Below the pieces are notes generated by a model. The model made no database searches. It was not told the DNA's origin and saw nothing but the letters and a program-made list of their open reading frames with translations. A stretch of DNA of 63,342 nt, the filler included. It is 4 parts of 4 records of this genome, joined end to end, with 100 filler letters (N's around TTAATTAATTAA, not from the genome) between each part and the next. Parts side by side here need not be neighbours in the genome. Positions count along the whole stretch, not along the records: positions 56,337 to 63,342 come from SRR20825006_3011; 3 more parts are not named here. The stretch is one strand, 5' to 3'. Shown piece by piece: positions 60,768-63,342 of this stretch; the stretch's first letter is position 1, and each line of letters begins with the position of its first letter. The position numbers and the translations under genes were made by a program.

Positions 60768-62468
60768 ATGAACTTCAAAACAGTCTTAATGGGCGCAGTG
60801 GCGGGTATCGCCATGGCTCCCGCCGCTTTCGCAGAACGCGGTGCGGACGGCCACGTCAATATCATCTATTGGCAAGCCCCTTCCACGATGAACCCCTATC
60901 TGTCGGGCGGCACCAAGGAGCTTGAAGTCGCGTCACTCGTCCTCGAACCGCTGGCGCGTTACGACGAAACCGGCGCGATGGTGCCGTTCTTGGCCGAAAG
61001 CGTGCCGACCGTTGAAAACGGTGGCGTCTCCGCAGACCTCAAAACGATCACATGGAAGCTCAAAGAGGGCCTAAAATGGTCCGATGGCTCCGATCTGACC
61101 TCCGCAGATGTGAAATTCTCTTGGGAATATTGCACCTCGGAAGGTGGCGGTTGTGCGCAGTCCGAGAAATACAATGACGTTGAAAGCGTCGAGACCCCGG
61201 ACGATCTGACCGTTGTGGTGCATTTTGCGGTCGCCAAACCCTTCCCCTATGGGCCTTTCGTCGGCGCACAGGCCCCGATCATTCAAAAAGCGCAGTTTGC
61301 CGATTGTACCGGTCCGGCGATGGCCTCTTGTACCGATCAAAACTTTGCCCCCGTCGGCACCGGCCCGTTTGTGGTGGATGAGTTCAAGACCAACGATGTT
61401 GTGTCGATGTCCGCCAACCCGAATTACCGCGATCCGATGAAACCGGCCTTTGCAACCGCGACCGTCAAAGGCGGTGGCGATGCCGCAGCCGCTGGTCGTG
61501 CGGTTTTGGAAACCGGTGAATTTGACTACGCATGGAACCTTCAGCTTGCCCCCGACGTGTTGGCCGATATGGAATCCAAAGGCAAAGGCCATTTGGAGGT
61601 CTCCTTCGGCACGCTGGTGGAACGCATCATGGTCAACTACACCGACCCCGATCCGGCCCTTGGGGAGGAGCGCGCCACAGCGGCACATCCGCACCCGATC
61701 CTGTCCGACAAAGCCGTGCGTCAGGCGCTGTCCATGGCGATTGACCGCGAATTGTTGGTCGAAATCGGCTATGGCGCGGCAGGTAAAGTGACCTGTAACG
61801 TGCTGCCCGCTCCGGCGATCTACGCCTCCACCGCCAATGACGGCTGCATGACGCAGGACATCGAAGGCGCGAAAGCGCTCTTGGAAGCTGACGGCTGGGT
61901 TGACTCCGATGGCGACGGCATCCGCGAAAAAGACGGCAAGAAACTGGCACTGTTGTTCCAGTCCTCGACCAACGCCGTGCGTCAGGATTTCCAAGCGATC
62001 ATCAAACAGTGGTGGGAAGAAATCGGTGTCCAAACCGAGCTGCGCAACATCGACAGCTCCGTGTTCTTTGGCGGCGATGCGGGGTCTCCCGATACGTTCC
62101 AAAAGTTCTTTGCGGACGTCGAAATGTATGCCAACAACTTTGATGGCACCGACCCCGAAGCCTACATGGCCAACTGGGAATGCAAACAGGCCCCGCGTCC
62201 GGAAACCCAATGGCAGGGCAACAACATGCCGCGTTATTGCACCCCTGAGTTCGACGCGCTGGTGGCTGAAATGGCCAAAACCGGCGAGCTTGAGAAACGT
62301 GCGGAACTTGCCAAAGCGATGAACGACATGTTGATGCAAGACTATGCGATCATCCCGCTGGTCTATCGCGGTCGTGTCTCTGCGGCCTCCAACACTTTGG
62401 GCGGCGTGATCATGAACTCGTGGGATTCCGAGCTTTGGAATGCCGCCGATTGGTATCGCGAAAAGTAA
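60768..62468 (+). CDS. peptide ABC transporter substrate-binding protein (family 5)
   Basis: AGGAG RBS, signal peptide, LKWSDG..TSADV.FS, VGTGPF, VRQAL..AIDR. Confidence 0.95.
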   Translation: MNFKTVLMGAVAGIAMAPAAFAERGADGHVNIIYWQAPSTMNPYLSGGTKELEVASLVLEPLARYDETGAMVPFLAESVPTVENGGVSADLKTITWKLKEGLKWSDGSDLTSADVKFSWEYCTSEGGGCAQSEKYNDVESVETPDDLTVVVHFAVAKPFPYGPFVGAQAPIIQKAQFADCTGPAMASCTDQNFAPVGTGPFVVDEFKTNDVVSMSANPNYRDPMKPAFATATVKGGGDAAAAGRAVLETGEFDYAWNLQLAPDVLADMESKGKGHLEVSFGTLVERIMVNYTDPDPALGEERATAAHPHPILSDKAVRQALSMAIDRELLVEIGYGAAGKVTCNVLPAPAIYASTANDGCMTQDIEGAKALLEADGWVDSDGDGIREKDGKKLALLFQSSTNAVRQDFQAIIKQWWEEIGVQTELRNIDSSVFFGGDAGSPDTFQKFFADVEMYANNFDGTDPEAYMANWECKQAPRPETQWQGNNMPRYCTPEFDALVAEMAKTGELEKRAELAKAMNDMLMQDYAIIPLVYRGRVSAASNTLGGVIMNSWDSELWNAADWYREK

Positions 62469-62481
62469 TGCACTGATCTCT

Positions 62482-62516
62482 GGGTGTCCCGTCACATCAT
62501 GGCGGGGCACCTTTTT
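62482..62516 (+). terminator. intercistronic stem-loop after the SBP gene
   Basis: GGTGTCCCGTCA/TGGCGGGGCACC followed by a T-tract. Confidence 0.7.
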
Positions 62517-62555
62517 ATTTCATCCAAGACAAAGACCTGAACCGAGGCGCCGCCC

Positions 62556-63342
62556 ATGCTCAATTACACGATCCGTCGATTGCTGATCTCTATTCCGACG
62601 CTTCTGTTCATCTCTTTGGTGATCTTCCTTTTGCTCGACTTGGCACCGGGCGATCCGATGTCTTCGATCCCGCTCACCGTGCCGCCCGAGGTCAAAGAGA
62701 AAATGCGCGAGGCCTTGGGCCTTGGCGAACCCGTTCACATTCGGTTTTTGAACTGGCTCTACCAATTCTTTGTCGTTGAGCCGCAAGTCGCATGGGATCA
62801 CCTGTTCGGCACCGATTTTGCCGAGGGAAAACAGCGGATCATCTCGTTCCAATCGCGCTCGCCGGTGATGACCGTGGTGGCCGAACGCATGCCGCAAACG
62901 CTTTGGGTTGTCGGCCTGTCCTATGTCATCGGCATCCTGATCGCCCTGCCGATCGGCATTATTTCCGCCTACAAACAATATTCGTGGTTCGACCAGATCG
63001 GCACGTTCATCTCGATGATCGGCTTTTCGATCCCCACCTTTTTCTCTGGCGTGTTGTTGATCGTGGTCTTCTCGGTGATCTTGCAATGGTTCCCGTCGAT
63101 CTATGACACCACCCACACCGTCACCGACTGGGGCAGTTTCTGGTATCAAGTCAAACAGATGATCATGCCGGTTTCGGTCCTGGCGCTGTATAACGCCGCG
63201 CAAATCTCGCGGTTCATGCGCGCGTCTATGTTGGACAACCTCAACCAGGATTACGTTCGCACCGCCCGTGCCAAAGGCATGTCGGAGAAAGTCGTCGTGC
63301 TCTCCCATGTGCTGCGCAATTCGATGATCCCGGTGGTCACCG
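62556..63342 (+). CDS. peptide ABC transporter permease (OppB/DppB), runs off the window
   Basis: MLNYTIRRLL..PGDP and QDYVRTARAKG motifs; absent from the ORF track because it has no stop. Confidence 0.92.
   Translation, partial: MLNYTIRRLLISIPTLLFISLVIFLLLDLAPGDPMSSIPLTVPPEVKEKMREALGLGEPVHIRFLNWLYQFFVVEPQVAWDHLFGTDFAEGKQRIISFQSRSPVMTVVAERMPQTLWVVGLSYVIGILIALPIGIISAYKQYSWFDQIGTFISMIGFSIPTFFSGVLLIVVFSVILQWFPSIYDTTHTVTDWGSFWYQVKQMIMPVSVLALYNAAQISRFMRASMLDNLNQDYVRTARAKGMSEKVVVLSHVLRNSMIPVVT

Noticed and set aside
61071-62510. 479-aa antisense ORF (likewise 1002-2141, 43014-44111, 59445-60443, 62520-63308)
   Set aside because: Stop-free mirror frames of GC-rich genes with no recognisable motifs.

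Overview
The window is four unrelated contigs joined by identical 100-nt linkers (N44-TTAATTAATTAA-N44) at 10180-10279, 41122-41221 and 56237-56336. Taxon guesses come from composition and protein recall. (1) 1-10179, GC-rich gammaproteobacterium, Alcanivorax-like: prfC, MmcQ/YjbR, a PLD-family gene, a large DUF6351-like lipoprotein hydrolase, fabY, GTAG-type REPs and a heptamer-repeat inverted element. (2) 10280-41121, AT-rich Flavobacteriaceae, Muricauda-like: dcp, purE/purK, an hpt-adk fusion, obgE, LytS/LytTR, a degenerate Mpl paralog with a SMI1/KNR4-TPR gene inserted between two versions of its 3' end, radC, rarA, rlmB, susC/susD and the start of rpsL. (3) 41222-56236, Thalassospira-like alphaproteobacterium: SRAP, USP, ArsR, pdxH, DnaJ-class chaperone, MarR, MscS, yihY, fabI and a compact operon (GNAT-like 'thermostable hemolysin', adenylation enzyme fused to a heme-oxygenase-like diiron domain, SDR, exported TPR protein) behind an OmpR-type direct repeat. 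(4) 56337-63342, Rhodobacteraceae-like: moaA end, M20 amidohydrolase and a peptide ABC transporter. The best candidates for undescribed biology are the contig 3 operon and the gene-end-replacement cassette in contig 2. No CRISPR array, rRNA, tRNA or transposase was recognised.
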